Source: Dehalococcoidia bacterium
GTDB lineage: Bacteria > Chloroflexota > Dehalococcoidia > UBA2979
Length of the DNA: 64,000 nt
Assembly: GCA_965262725.1 (NCBI GenBank)
Contig: OZ253555.1
Coordinates: forward strand, 3,610,404-3,674,403
Reading direction: 5' to 3'
Position numbers and translations under genes: made by a program. Below the pieces are notes generated by a model. It was not told the origin of the DNA and did not search any database. It worked only from the letters and a program-made list of their open reading frames with translations. This document shows positions 1 to 9,012 of this stretch, piece by piece. Positions within the stretch are counted from its first letter, which is position 1. Each line of letters opens with the position of its first letter.

Positions 1-572
1 TCCATCCCGAAGTGCTCCAGGAAGCGCTGCGTGACGCCGAAGAGCGCGGGCCGCCCCGGACCCGGCGCCCGCCCCACCTCCACGATCAGGTCGCGGGCAC
101 GCAGCGTGCCGATCGCGGCGTCGCTCGACACGCCGCGAATGCGCTCGACCTGCCCCCGCGTGACCGGCTGCTTGTAGGCGACGATGGCGAGCGTCTCCAT
201 CGCTGCAGGCGAGAGCCGACGGCGGCTCTCCACACCGAGAAAGCTCTCCACCACGCCCGCCAGCTCGGGCGCCGTCACCAGCTGCGCTCCGTCCGGACCC
301 CGCTGTAGGCGAAGACCGCGGCCTGCGAGCGAGACGCCGAGCAGCTCCAGCGCCGCCCCGATCCGCCCCGGCGTCGCCTCCAGCACGCGCGCCAGCGTCC
401 GTTCGGAGACCGGTCCGTCGGACACGAAGAGCAGCGCCTCGAGCAGCGTGGCGAGCTCGCCGTCGGAGCGCTCCTCGCGCACCGGCGCCTGCCGGGGGGC
501 GTCCCCCGGCGGCTCCCCGAGCCCCGCCGACGGGGCGTGAGCCCGGATGTCCGCTGAGCGCGACTCACCCAC
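1..572 (-). CDS. scpB: SMC-Scp complex subunit ScpB (3' end runs off window)
   Basis: Minus-strand translation gives LATLLEALLFVS...LIVEVGRAPGPGRPALFGVTQRFLEHFGM. GTG at 572 overlaps the stop of the upstream ORF. Confidence 0.9.
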   Translation of the reverse strand, partial: MGESRSADIRAHAPSAGLGEPPGDAPRQAPVREERSDGELATLLEALLFVSDGPVSERTLARVLEATPGRIGAALELLGVSLAGRGLRLQRGPDGAQLVTAPELAGVVESFLGVESRRRLSPAAMETLAIVAYKQPVTRGQVERIRGVSSDAAIGTLRARDLIVEVGRAPGPGRPALFGVTQRFLEHFGM

Positions 573-1326
573 GGCGTCCCCGGTCTTCGGCCGCTCCCGC
601 GCCCGCCGCCGGCATGGCGGCAGCGCCCGGCCCGCCGCCCCACGCGTCCCGATGCTCGCCACCAGCCTCCCGGGCTCCCCCGCTCCCTCGCTCCCACCGG
701 CGGTCGGCACGACCCTCGGGAGCGGGCGAGAGGCGCTGATAGAGCCGGAGCTCGCTGTAGCGAAGCTCGATCCGCGGCGGGGCCGCGAGCGGAAGGCCCA
801 GGCGCCGCTCGACGGCGGCGACGGCCAGCTCCCGCGCCTGGGCACCGACCTGCGCGAGGAGCGCCTCCGGCCCGACCTCCACGAACACCCCCACCGCGAC
901 GCCGCGGCGATGCCGGTTCTCGATGCGCACCGATGCCGCCACCACGGCATCAATCGCGGTGATCTCCGCCCGCAGCAGAGCCGCGAGCGCGTCGACCGGG
1001 AGCCGCACGCTGCCCGGTATCTGAAGCGGCCGCCGGGGCGAGCTCAGGCTGCCCCACCGGATCACGAACGCGAGGAGCACGGCCGCCACCAGGACCGTGG
1101 TCGCGCCGGCGCGGCCGAGCCGTGTGTCGTGGTCCAGAGCGACCTCAAGCACCCGGGCGGCGGCCTCGAGCACCGGCCCGGAGGCGAGCCAGATGAGGGC
1201 GATCACGCCCGGCGCGATCGTCGCCAGAAGAAGCGGTGCGCGGTAGGCCCTCCACCATGACTCGCCGGCGAGGTCGGAGGTGGCGGGACGGCCTGAGGCA
1301 CGCGGATCCACGGCCGGGCGCCCCAT
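565..1326 (-). CDS. Membrane protein with Asp23/AmaP-like (alkaline shock membrane anchor) domain
   Basis: Two hydrophobic segments followed by SVRLPVDALAALLRAEITAIDAVV...VERRLGLPL...IELRY. Start codon uncertain. Confidence 0.6.
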   Translation of the reverse strand: MGRPAVDPRASGRPATSDLAGESWWRAYRAPLLLATIAPGVIALIWLASGPVLEAAARVLEVALDHDTRLGRAGATTVLVAAVLLAFVIRWGSLSSPRRPLQIPGSVRLPVDALAALLRAEITAIDAVVAASVRIENRHRRGVAVGVFVEVGPEALLAQVGAQARELAVAAVERRLGLPLAAPPRIELRYSELRLYQRLSPAPEGRADRRWERGSGGAREAGGEHRDAWGGGPGAAAMPAAGAGAAEDRGRRG

Positions 1327-1428
1327 CGCGCCAAACCAGCGAGGTGCACGGTGGTTCGAGGCCGCCATCGGCATTCCCGGGCGCACCCCGCTGGGAAGCG
1401 CCGCACTCACCACCCCGCCCCCGGTACC

Positions 1429-2331
1429 ATGCTCCCTGTGATCGTCGATGTCCACACGCACATCTTCCCACCGAGGATGATCGCGGCCCGCTCAGAACTC
1501 GCCGCCGCCGATCCCGGCTTCGCGGCGCTCTACGCCGACCCGGCCGCGCGGATGGCGAGCTCAGGCGACCTGCTCGCCTCGATGTGCGACGCCGGCGTCG
1601 ACATCGCCGTCGCGGCGGGCTTCTCGTGGCGCTCCGCCGCGCACGCCGAGGAGCACGCATCGTATGTGCTCGACGCCGCGGCCCACTCCGGCGGATCGCT
1701 CATCGCCTTCCCCCCGCTCCCGGCGCTGGGCGGTCCCGGCGACGATCCCGACGAGCGCTCGTTGCGCGCCCGCTGCCGCGAGCTCGCGGCGGGCGGCGCC
1801 CGCGGCGTCGGCGAGCTCCGGATCGACGCTCGGGCCCTGCCGCTCGGAGACGATGCGGCCGCGGCGCAGGCGCGAGGGATCCTGCGGTCGGCAGGCGCCG
1901 AGAGCCTCGCGCTGCTCGCTCACTGCACCGAGCCCGTCGGCCACGACTACCCCGGGCGGGAGGGGGGCCTCAGCGCCGGCGCGCTCTGGCGCCTTCTCGC
2001 GGACGAGCCATTCCCGGACGGGGGCCATCCCCTCCTCATTGCGGCGCACTGGGGCGGCGGGCTCCCCCTCTACGCGGCGATGCCCGAGGTCCACGCGCTG
2101 TTCACACGGGGGCGGCTCGCCGTCGACACGGCGGCGAGCCGCTTCCTCTACGATCCCGTCATGGTGGAGCTCGCCTCGACGCTCGGCCTCACCAACGTCG
2201 TGCTCTGGGGATCCGACTTCCCGCTCAGGACGCAGGCGCGCGACCGCCGCGATCTGGAGCGCGCCGTGCCAGACCCGCTGCTGCGCGCCGCCCTCCTGGG
2301 AGGGAACGCCGCGCGGCTCCTCGGCCTCTGA
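1429..2331 (+). CDS. Amidohydrolase family protein (Amidohydro_2-like)
   Basis: IVDVHTH, GVGEL, AHWGGG and WGSDFP motifs. Confidence 0.85.
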   Translation: MLPVIVDVHTHIFPPRMIAARSELAAADPGFAALYADPAARMASSGDLLASMCDAGVDIAVAAGFSWRSAAHAEEHASYVLDAAAHSGGSLIAFPPLPALGGPGDDPDERSLRARCRELAAGGARGVGELRIDARALPLGDDAAAAQARGILRSAGAESLALLAHCTEPVGHDYPGREGGLSAGALWRLLADEPFPDGGHPLLIAAHWGGGLPLYAAMPEVHALFTRGRLAVDTAASRFLYDPVMVELASTLGLTNVVLWGSDFPLRTQARDRRDLERAVPDPLLRAALLGGNAARLLGL

Positions 2332-2379
2332 GCCGATGGCGCGGCGGCGAGCGCAGCGGCCCCGGTGTGAGGAGCCGAC

Positions 2380-2949
2380 GTGCGGCTCTTCGTGATGATC
2401 GACGTGCCCGACACCTGGCGCGCCGCCGCCCGAACCGCGCAGCGCGCGCTCGCCGGGCGCGTCCCGCCGGGGACGCTGCGCCCCGTCGGCGAGGCGCACC
2501 TTCACCTCACGCTGCGCTTCCTGGGCGAGGTCGAGGAGAGTGCGGTCCCCGCCCTGAGGCGCGAGCTCTCAGCCGTCGCTCCCGTCGACGTGACGCTCGC
2601 GCTGGGAGGGGCCGGCAGTTTCGGGGGGCCACGCCGCACGCGCGTCGCCTGGCTCGCCGTCGAGAGCGAGGGAGGCAGGCTCGACGCCCTCGCTGGCCGC
2701 GTCGAGAGCGCCGTCGTGGCGGCCGGGGCGGCGCCCCGGAGCGAGCGATTCCACGCCCACCTCACGCTGGCCCGTGTCGTGCGCGGCGCCGACCCCGAGA
2801 CGCGGCGGGCCGTCTCCGAGGCGGCCTCCGCTCTGCCGCGTGCGGAGGCGCCGCCCTTCCGCGCCCGCGAGTTCGCCCTCGTGCGCTCGCACCTCGCGGG
2901 GAGCGGCGGGCACGGCCCCCGCTACGAGTCGATCGCCCGCTACGGGTGA
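2380..2949 (+). CDS. thpR: RNA 2',3'-cyclic phosphodiesterase (2H phosphoesterase)
   Basis: MRLFV start and two HxT motifs (HLTLRFLG, HLTLARV). Confidence 0.9.
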   Translation: MRLFVMIDVPDTWRAAARTAQRALAGRVPPGTLRPVGEAHLHLTLRFLGEVEESAVPALRRELSAVAPVDVTLALGGAGSFGGPRRTRVAWLAVESEGGRLDALAGRVESAVVAAGAAPRSERFHAHLTLARVVRGADPETRRAVSEAASALPRAEAPPFRAREFALVRSHLAGSGGHGPRYESIARYG

Positions 2950-2973
2950 GCCCGGGCGGCGCCGCCCGCGGTG

Positions 2974-3003
2974 TTGACGACCGAGCCTCCCTCTCCCTAT
3001 CTT
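2974..3003 (+). promoter_or_regulatory. Putative sigma70-type promoter
   Basis: TTGACG (2974-2979), 18 nt, TATCTT (2998-3003) in an otherwise GC-rich intergenic region. Confidence 0.45.
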
Positions 3004-3181
3004 TGGCGCAGGAGGCGAGACGAATGGGAGAACGTCCCCTCGCGCATCGGGCGTACCAGCGCCGCAGCCACCGCTGCGGCGCTTTCCGTTTCCCCTCCCC
3101 ATCCCTCTCCCCGCTCCCCGACGCAGGTCCACGATGGGTGGCGGTCGCCCGCCTCCCGGCATCGGCACGACAGGAGGCCAC

Positions 3182-3448
3182 ATGCATTCCGGGATGATCG
3201 GCAAGGTCGCGAAGGCGCACCGCTACGCGGACCAGCGCGAGCGCTTCGAGGTGAACGCGCTCGCGGTCACGATTCGCGGAGACAACGCCGATCACCACGT
3301 GGAGCTCTCGGACGGTCACTGGCGGTGCAGTTGCGACTTCTTCTCGTACAACGGCGCCTGCGCCCACACGATGGCGCTTGAGCTGCTGCTCGACGGGATG
3401 CTTCCGGCCACCGAGGCCCGGCCGATGCCGGAGACGATCCTCGCGTAG
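3182..3448 (+). CDS. Small SWIM zinc-finger protein
   Basis: RBS GGAGG at 3173-3177. CxC...CxH motif (WRCSCDFF...ACAH). Confidence 0.8.
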   Translation: MHSGMIGKVAKAHRYADQRERFEVNALAVTIRGDNADHHVELSDGHWRCSCDFFSYNGACAHTMALELLLDGMLPATEARPMPETILA

Positions 3449-3461
3449 ACGCTCATGCTCG

Positions 3462-3516
3462 CAAGCGCACTCCCGCCCCGTCGCCGAGACGTGGCGAAGG
3501 GGCGGGAGCGCGCTTG
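3462..3516. repeat. Long inverted repeat (terminator-like hairpin) downstream of the SWIM gene
   Basis: caagcgc-a-ctcccgcccc-g-tcgcc pairs with ggcga-a-ggggcgggag-c-gcgcttg. Confidence 0.6.
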
Positions 3517-3518
3517 AC

Positions 3519-3564
3519 ACACTGGCAGTGCGTGTCAGGGGTTCGAGTCCCCTCGGGTCCACCA
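3519..3564 (+). pseudogene. 3' half of tRNA-Ala(GGC), probable att-site remnant
   Basis: CACTGGCAGTG anticodon hairpin, then GTC-AGGGG-TTCGAGT-CCCCT T-arm and CGGGTCC-A-CCA. No complementary 5' acceptor strand upstream. Confidence 0.7.
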
Positions 3565-3789
3565 CGAGACTCCATTCGCCGGATGAAGATTGCCGCGTCC
3601 GATGTTCGGTTCATGACGGAGGGGATTCAAGGGCAAGTCTGGACAAGTGGGTCTGGCGGCGCAAAACGGGCACGAGGAGCGCTTCTCGCGGGCGGGTTCG
3701 ATGAAGTGAGCCATGGTCGGCCCTCTCAGGGCCCCTGCGGCTTCCCGTCCTCGCCTCTCTGGGGCGAGGTGGGCACACTCCACCCACAG

Positions 3790-4476
3790 TCAGGCACAGT
3801 GCGGCTTCGCGGTGAGCAGATTATGGACCCCCAGCAAGACCGCACACCGCTCGTGGTTCTTGAAGAGGCCCCGGTACCGCACCGTGGCGTAGTCGAAGCG
3901 CCGCTTCACGGTATAGAACGGGTGCTCCACCAGCGCCCGCGCCGACGCCTTCCGTTTCTCCTCGACGGCCTCAGGACTCTCCGGGTCGAGCTGACGCCGT
4001 AGGCCCGGGCGCATCGCCACGTTCCAGTTGTCGACCCCCGAGTCCGCGTTCTCGGGTCGCTTGTCCACGCCCCGGTATCCGGCATCGCCGTAGACTTCGG
4101 CTTCCTCGCCGTGCAGCAGACGGTACGTCTCCGACACGTCCGACACGTTCGCAGGCGTCGTCGTGAAGCTGTGGACCAGGCCCGTGTCCCTGTCCGCGCC
4201 GATGTGCAGCTTCATCCCGAAATACCACTGGTTGCCCTTCTTGGTCTGATGCATCTCGGGGTCCCGCGCCCGCTCGCGATTCTGCGTCGACGACGGCGCC
4301 GAGATGATGGTCGCGTCCACGATGCTGCCCTCGCTCAGCTTCAATCCCTCGCTCGCAAGGTGCTCGTTGATGAGCTCGAAGATCCTGCTCCCCAGGGAGT
4401 GGCGCTCGAGCAGATGACGGAATGTGAGGATGGTCGTCTCGTCGGGGATCGGCCCGCGCAGGGTGAGGTGGCAGAA
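3790..4476 (-). pseudogene. IS5 transposase, C-terminal part
   Basis: PDETTIL...IVDATII...GNQWYFGMKLHIG...YGDAGY...VEHPF motifs. Confidence 0.9.
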
Positions 4477-4611
4477 TGTGAATCGCCAAGGTCTATAGAC
4501 CACGAAATCGCCAGATCGCCAGGGTCATTGATCCACCCCGTCAGGGACTCCTGCCCGCCCGGGCCGCCGGTACGGCCACCATCGCCTGCATCCCCAGCGG
4601 AGGGAGCAGCG

Positions 4612-6192
4612 ATGGCCTACCGGGAGGTACACGGGGTGGAGATCCAGGAGATCATTCGACGCTGGCAGGCGGGGCTCAGCCAGCGCCGCATCGCCAGCGG
4701 CACGGGGCTATCGCGCGTGACGGTGCGCCGCTACGTCGAGGCGGCCGAGGCGGCCGGCCTCACGCCGGGCGGTCCCGAGCCGAGTGAGGAGCAGCTCGCC
4801 GCGCTGGCGACGCTGAGCCTCTCCGGCCCGCGGCAGGTCGAGGCGCCGAGCGAGAAGCTGCTCTCGCCCTGGGCGGAGCAGATCGAGCGCTGGCTTGAGA
4901 CCGACCGCCTGCAACTGACGCGCATCCAGGAGCTCCTCGCCGGACGAGGCTGCGAGGTCTCCTACACCACGCTGCGGCGTTTCATCCGGCGCCGCGGCTG
5001 GCGCCACCGGCTGCCGTCGACCGTGCGCATGGACGACGGGCCGCCGGGCGAGGTGGCGGAGATGGACTTCGGCCGCCTCGGCTTCATCCGGGACCCCGAG
5101 AGCGGCCGCCGGCGCGCGGTGTGGGCGCTGGTCGTCGTCTGGCGCTACTCACGCCACTGCTTTGTGTGGCCCACCACCAGCCAGAAGCTGGACGCCGTGA
5201 TCGAGGGCCTGGAGGAGGCCTGGGCCTTCTTCGGGGGCGTGCCCCGCTACCTCGTCATCGATAACTTCCCGGCCGCCGTCGCCGGGGCCGACGCGCTGCA
5301 CCCGCGGCTCACCCGGGGCTTCCTCGAGTACGCCCGCCACAGAGGCTTCATCACCGACCCCGCGCGCGTGCGTCATCCCCGCGACAAGCCGCGCGTCGAA
5401 CGCAGCATCCCCTACGTGCGCGAGCGCCTCTTCAAGGGCGGCGACTTCCGGGATGTCATCGACCTGCGCTCCGCCGCCCGCAGCTGGTGCCTCGAGGTGG
5501 CGGGGCAGCGCATCCACGGCACGACCCGCCGGCGCCCGCTCGAGGTCTTCCTGAAGGAGGAGCTCCCTCTGCTCGCTCCCTGGGACGGCGAGCCCTACGA
5601 GGTCCCCGACTGGCGGACGGCCACGGTCCACCCGGACCACCACATCGCCTGTCAGTACGCCCTGTACTCGGTGCCGTCCATGGCCTGCCCGCCCCGCCAG
5701 AAGGTCGAGGTGCAGCTCGGCTCGAAGCTGGTGCGCATCTACCACCGCGGTCAGCTCATCAAGGTCCACCCGCGCCAGCGCCGGGGCGGCCGGGCCACCG
5801 ACCCGAACGACTACCCGGCCGAGCTCACCCCCTACACCAGGCGGGCGCCCGACTGGATACAGCGCCGCGCCGCCGAGCTGGGGGAGGCCGTGGGCGCCTA
5901 CGCCGAGCGTCTCTTCGAGGGCTCCCTGCCCTGGGCGAAGCTGCGGCAGGGCCACAAGCTGCTGCGCCTCGCCGAGCGCTACTCCCCGGACCGCCTCGAC
6001 GCCGCCTGCCGCCGCGCGCTCGAGGTCGACCTCATCGACGTGCGCCGCCTCGAGCGCATCCTCGTCCGCGCCCTCGACCAGGAGAGCACCCCAGACCAGC
6101 CCGAGCTGCCGCCGCCTCCGGGGCGCTTCGCCCGCTCGGGCTCCGTCTTCGCCCAGTCCCGCACGCAGACCCCGACAGGAGCACCACGATGA
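4612..6192 (+). CDS. istA: IS21 transposase IstA
   Basis: N-terminal HTH; EMDFG, VIDN and KPRVER DDE motifs. Confidence 0.95.
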   Translation: MAYREVHGVEIQEIIRRWQAGLSQRRIASGTGLSRVTVRRYVEAAEAAGLTPGGPEPSEEQLAALATLSLSGPRQVEAPSEKLLSPWAEQIERWLETDRLQLTRIQELLAGRGCEVSYTTLRRFIRRRGWRHRLPSTVRMDDGPPGEVAEMDFGRLGFIRDPESGRRRAVWALVVVWRYSRHCFVWPTTSQKLDAVIEGLEEAWAFFGGVPRYLVIDNFPAAVAGADALHPRLTRGFLEYARHRGFITDPARVRHPRDKPRVERSIPYVRERLFKGGDFRDVIDLRSAARSWCLEVAGQRIHGTTRRRPLEVFLKEELPLLAPWDGEPYEVPDWRTATVHPDHHIACQYALYSVPSMACPPRQKVEVQLGSKLVRIYHRGQLIKVHPRQRRGGRATDPNDYPAELTPYTRRAPDWIQRRAAELGEAVGAYAERLFEGSLPWAKLRQGHKLLRLAERYSPDRLDAACRRALEVDLIDVRRLERILVRALDQESTPDQPELPPPPGRFARSGSVFAQSRTQTPTGAPR

Positions 6193-6962
6193 CCGCCACC
6201 ACCTCAGACCTCCGCCCGCTGCTCAAGCGCCTCAAGCTCGGCCGTATGCTCGACACCCTGCCCGAGCGCATCGCCCTCGCGCGGCGCGACCACCTCGACT
6301 ACGCGGACTTCCTGCAGATCCTCCTCGTCGACGAGGTGAGCCGCCGCGACCACGGGCGGTTGGAGCTGCGCCTGCGCCAGGCCGGCTTCGAGCAGCTCTG
6401 CCGCCTCGAGGACTTCGACTGGGCGGCCGCCATCCGGCTCGACCACCGCCTGCTCGACGCCGCCTTCTCGCTGCACTTCCTCGACCGCCGCGAGCACGTC
6501 CTGCTCGTCGGCCCCGTCGGCGTCGGCAAGAGCTTCTTAGCCCAGGCGCTCGGCTACTCAGCCGTCCGCTCCGGACGCAGCGTCCGCTTCGCCCCGGCCG
6601 ACCACTACTTCCGCGAGATGGCGCAGGCCCGCGTCGACCACTCGGCCGAGAAGGTCTTCCGAAGCTTCCTCGCGCCCGACCTGCTCATCCTCGACGACCT
6701 CGGGCTCCATCGCCTCAGCGCGCAGCAGTCCATCGACCTCTACGAGCTGGTCATCGGGCGCCACCGCAGCTCCAGCTTCGTCATCACCTCGAACCGCGCC
6801 GTGGAGGAATGGCTGGGTCTCTTCGACGACCCGATCCTCGGCAACAGCGCCCTCGACCGCCTCGCCAACGCCAGCTACCAGATCGTGATCGAGGGCGATA
6901 GCTACCGCCAGCGGCTCTCGCCGCACCGCGCCCTGCTCGAGGCGCAGACGGGAGGTGATTGA
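6189..6962 (+). CDS. istB: IS21 helper ATPase IstB
   Basis: GPVGVGKS Walker A, LLILDDLG Walker B, ALDRL. ATGA overlap with istA. Confidence 0.95.
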   Translation: MTATTSDLRPLLKRLKLGRMLDTLPERIALARRDHLDYADFLQILLVDEVSRRDHGRLELRLRQAGFEQLCRLEDFDWAAAIRLDHRLLDAAFSLHFLDRREHVLLVGPVGVGKSFLAQALGYSAVRSGRSVRFAPADHYFREMAQARVDHSAEKVFRSFLAPDLLILDDLGLHRLSAQQSIDLYELVIGRHRSSSFVITSNRAVEEWLGLFDDPILGNSALDRLANASYQIVIEGDSYRQRLSPHRALLEAQTGGD

Positions 6963-7058
6963 CGCGCTAGACGCTCACTGATATCAAGCCGCCTACCGGC
7001 GTCCCGGGTGGTCCAATGACCGTGGCGACGCGTGGCTCAATGACCCTGGCGATCGACA

Positions 7059-7329
7059 GGCAGAAGGCTCGCACCGACTCGGCCTCGTGGAGGAGGTCCT
7101 CCGTGCCGGGGTCGCTGAGGTTGTAGCAGAGCTGCACGATGTGGATGCGCAGCATCACGGAGAGAGGGTAGGGCCTCCGCCCGCGGCCGGGTTTCGGGTA
7201 GTGGGGCCCGATGGCTGCTTCGAACCTCTCCCACGGGACGAGGCCGTCCAGCCGCTCAAGGAACTTCTGGCGGCGCGTCGTGTAGCCATCCTGCTCGAAC
7301 TCGGCCCTGGCGAATGTGGGCTGATGCAT
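7059..7329 (-). pseudogene. IS5 transposase, N-terminal part
   Basis: MHQPTFA...TRRQKFL...GRRPYPLSVMLRIH...SVRAFC, continuing across IS21 into FCHLTL. Confidence 0.9.
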
Positions 7330-7421
7330 GGCACGCTCCCATCCCGGGTACGTGTCAGGATCTCATATGATCAGCAGAGTGCGCACTACTCTGCTGTCGT
7401 GCCGACTTTCCCAGAACTCCC

Positions 7422-7617
7422 TTAGGTGTCCCGTTTGGTTCCAGAGCATGATCGACGCCGACCCCTCGTCGAACTCTACGAAGGACACACTCGCAGGGCT
7501 GAGAGACTCGAGTTTCCAGAACCACTCGGGTGCTCGATCAACCAGGGCTGCCGCCAGCAATCGCAGAGCCCTGCTATGACCGACGACAAGAATACGGTAC
7601 CCGGTCCCACGGGCCAC
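7422..7617 (-). pseudogene. Histidine phosphatase (GpmB/CobC-like) C-terminal remnant
   Basis: RILVVGHSRALR...SPASVSFVEF...WNQTGHL. N-terminal RHG half is absent. Confidence 0.6.
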
Positions 7618-7629
7618 GAGTTGGGGGAC

Positions 7630-8889
7630 CTAGCCGGAGAAGGCGGTCAGCACCAGCACGGCGTTCTGCCCGCCGAAGCCGAACGAGTTCTTCATCACCG
7701 TCCGCACGTCGGCCGCGCGGGCCAGCTGCGGCACGTAGTCGAGGTCGCACTCCGGATCGGGGTGGGTGAGGTTGATGGTCGGAGCGATCATGCCCGTGCG
7801 GATCGTCTGGACGGCGGCCACCGTCTCCACGCCGCCGGCCGCCCCGAGCAGGTGCCCGATCTGCGACTTCATCGCCGAGATGGGAAGCCGGTAGGCCCGC
7901 TTCCCGAAGACTGCGCGCACCGCCCGCGTCTCCGCGACGTCGCCGATCTCCGTCGCGGTGGCGTGCGCCGAGATGTAGTCGATCTCCTCCACCGCCATCG
8001 CCGCGTCGCTGAGGGCCGAGCGCATAGCGCGCGCCGCGCCCTCGCCGTCCCGCGGCGGGGCGACGAGGTAGGCGGCATCGGAGGAGACGCCGTAGCCGAC
8101 GACCTCCGCCAGCGGGCGGGCGCCCCGGGCGAGGGCGTGGTCGAGGGCCTCCAGCACGACGATCCCCGCTCCCTCCGCGGCGACGAAACCGTCGCGGTCG
8201 CGGTCGAACGGCCGCGAGGCGGCCTCGGGACACTCGTTCGACGAGGTCGCGAGCGCGCGCATCGCCGAGAAGCCCGCGAGCCCGACCTCGCAGACACCCG
8301 CCTCGGTGCCGCCGGCAATCATGACGTCGGCCGCGCCGCGGCGGAGGACCTCGGTGGCGTCGCCGATCGCCTGTGTCCCGGCCGCACAGGCCGTCGTGAT
8401 CGTGTTGGAGTAGCCCCGCGCGCCCAGCTGGATCGAGACGTTCGCCGAGGCCATGTTCGGGAGCATCTTCGGGATGAAGAGCGGGTCGACGCGGCTGCCG
8501 CCCCGCCTGAGCAGCGTCCGCATCGCCCGATCCGCCTCGGGCAATCCGCCGCCGCCGTTCCCCACGATCACGCCGATCCGCGTCGTGTCCTGGGCGGCGA
8601 AGTCGAGCGCCGCCTCCTCGACGGCCTGCTTCGACGCCGCCACGGCGAACTGGGCGAAGCGCGCCATGCGCCGCGCGTCCTTGCGGTCGAGGTAGCACTC
8701 CGGATTGAAATCGCGGACCTCGCCGGCTATCTGGCAGGCGTACTCCGAGGGGTCGACCTGCGTGAGGCGACGGATCCCGGAACCTCCGGCAACGGCGTTC
8801 CGCCAGAACTCGGCGACGCTGTTCCCGAGCGGCGCGATCACGCCGCTCCCGGTGATCACGACGCGCCGGCGACCGTTGCTCCGCGACAT
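7630..8889 (-). CDS. fabF: Beta-ketoacyl-ACP synthase II
   Basis: RRVVITG, TACAAG catalytic Cys, HATAT, KSQIGHLLGAAG and NSFGFGG. Confidence 0.95.
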   Translation of the reverse strand: MSRSNGRRRVVITGSGVIAPLGNSVAEFWRNAVAGGSGIRRLTQVDPSEYACQIAGEVRDFNPECYLDRKDARRMARFAQFAVAASKQAVEEAALDFAAQDTTRIGVIVGNGGGGLPEADRAMRTLLRRGGSRVDPLFIPKMLPNMASANVSIQLGARGYSNTITTACAAGTQAIGDATEVLRRGAADVMIAGGTEAGVCEVGLAGFSAMRALATSSNECPEAASRPFDRDRDGFVAAEGAGIVVLEALDHALARGARPLAEVVGYGVSSDAAYLVAPPRDGEGAARAMRSALSDAAMAVEEIDYISAHATATEIGDVAETRAVRAVFGKRAYRLPISAMKSQIGHLLGAAGGVETVAAVQTIRTGMIAPTINLTHPDPECDLDYVPQLARAADVRTVMKNSFGFGGQNAVLVLTAFSG

Positions 8890-9012
8890 CGACGCTCCCC
8901 TCGGCAGAAGGTTGAGTCTACCGCAGCGCCCGCCCGGGAACCGTTTCGGACGGCGCGCCTGCGGCCGGCGTTGTGACCCCCCGCGGCGCGGCCGGACGCG
9001 GGTCGACGCCCG

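Larger units (their letters stand above)
4477..7058 (+). mobile_element. IS21-family element (istA-istB) with 7-bp target duplication GGCAGAA
   Basis: TG...CA ends with repeated TCGCCA(A/G/C)GGTC motifs. Duplication at 4470-4476 and 7059-7065. Confidence 0.95.
3632..7421 (-). mobile_element. IS5-family element (about 1.2 kb) interrupted by IS21
   Basis: Imperfect 17-bp terminal IRs (GGCAAGTCTGGACAAGT / GGGAGTTCTGGGAAAGT). Homologous to the intact copy at 52877-54084. Confidence 0.85.

Noticed and set aside
1236-3197. Long Arg/Pro/Ala-rich ORFs such as this 653-aa one and many antisense ORFs in the track
   Set aside because: They are alternative-frame shadows of real genes, expected in high-GC DNA.
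3489-3564. Intact tRNA-Ala gene
   Set aside because: No 5' acceptor strand complementary to CGGGTCC and no D-arm; the upstream sequence belongs to a separate hairpin.
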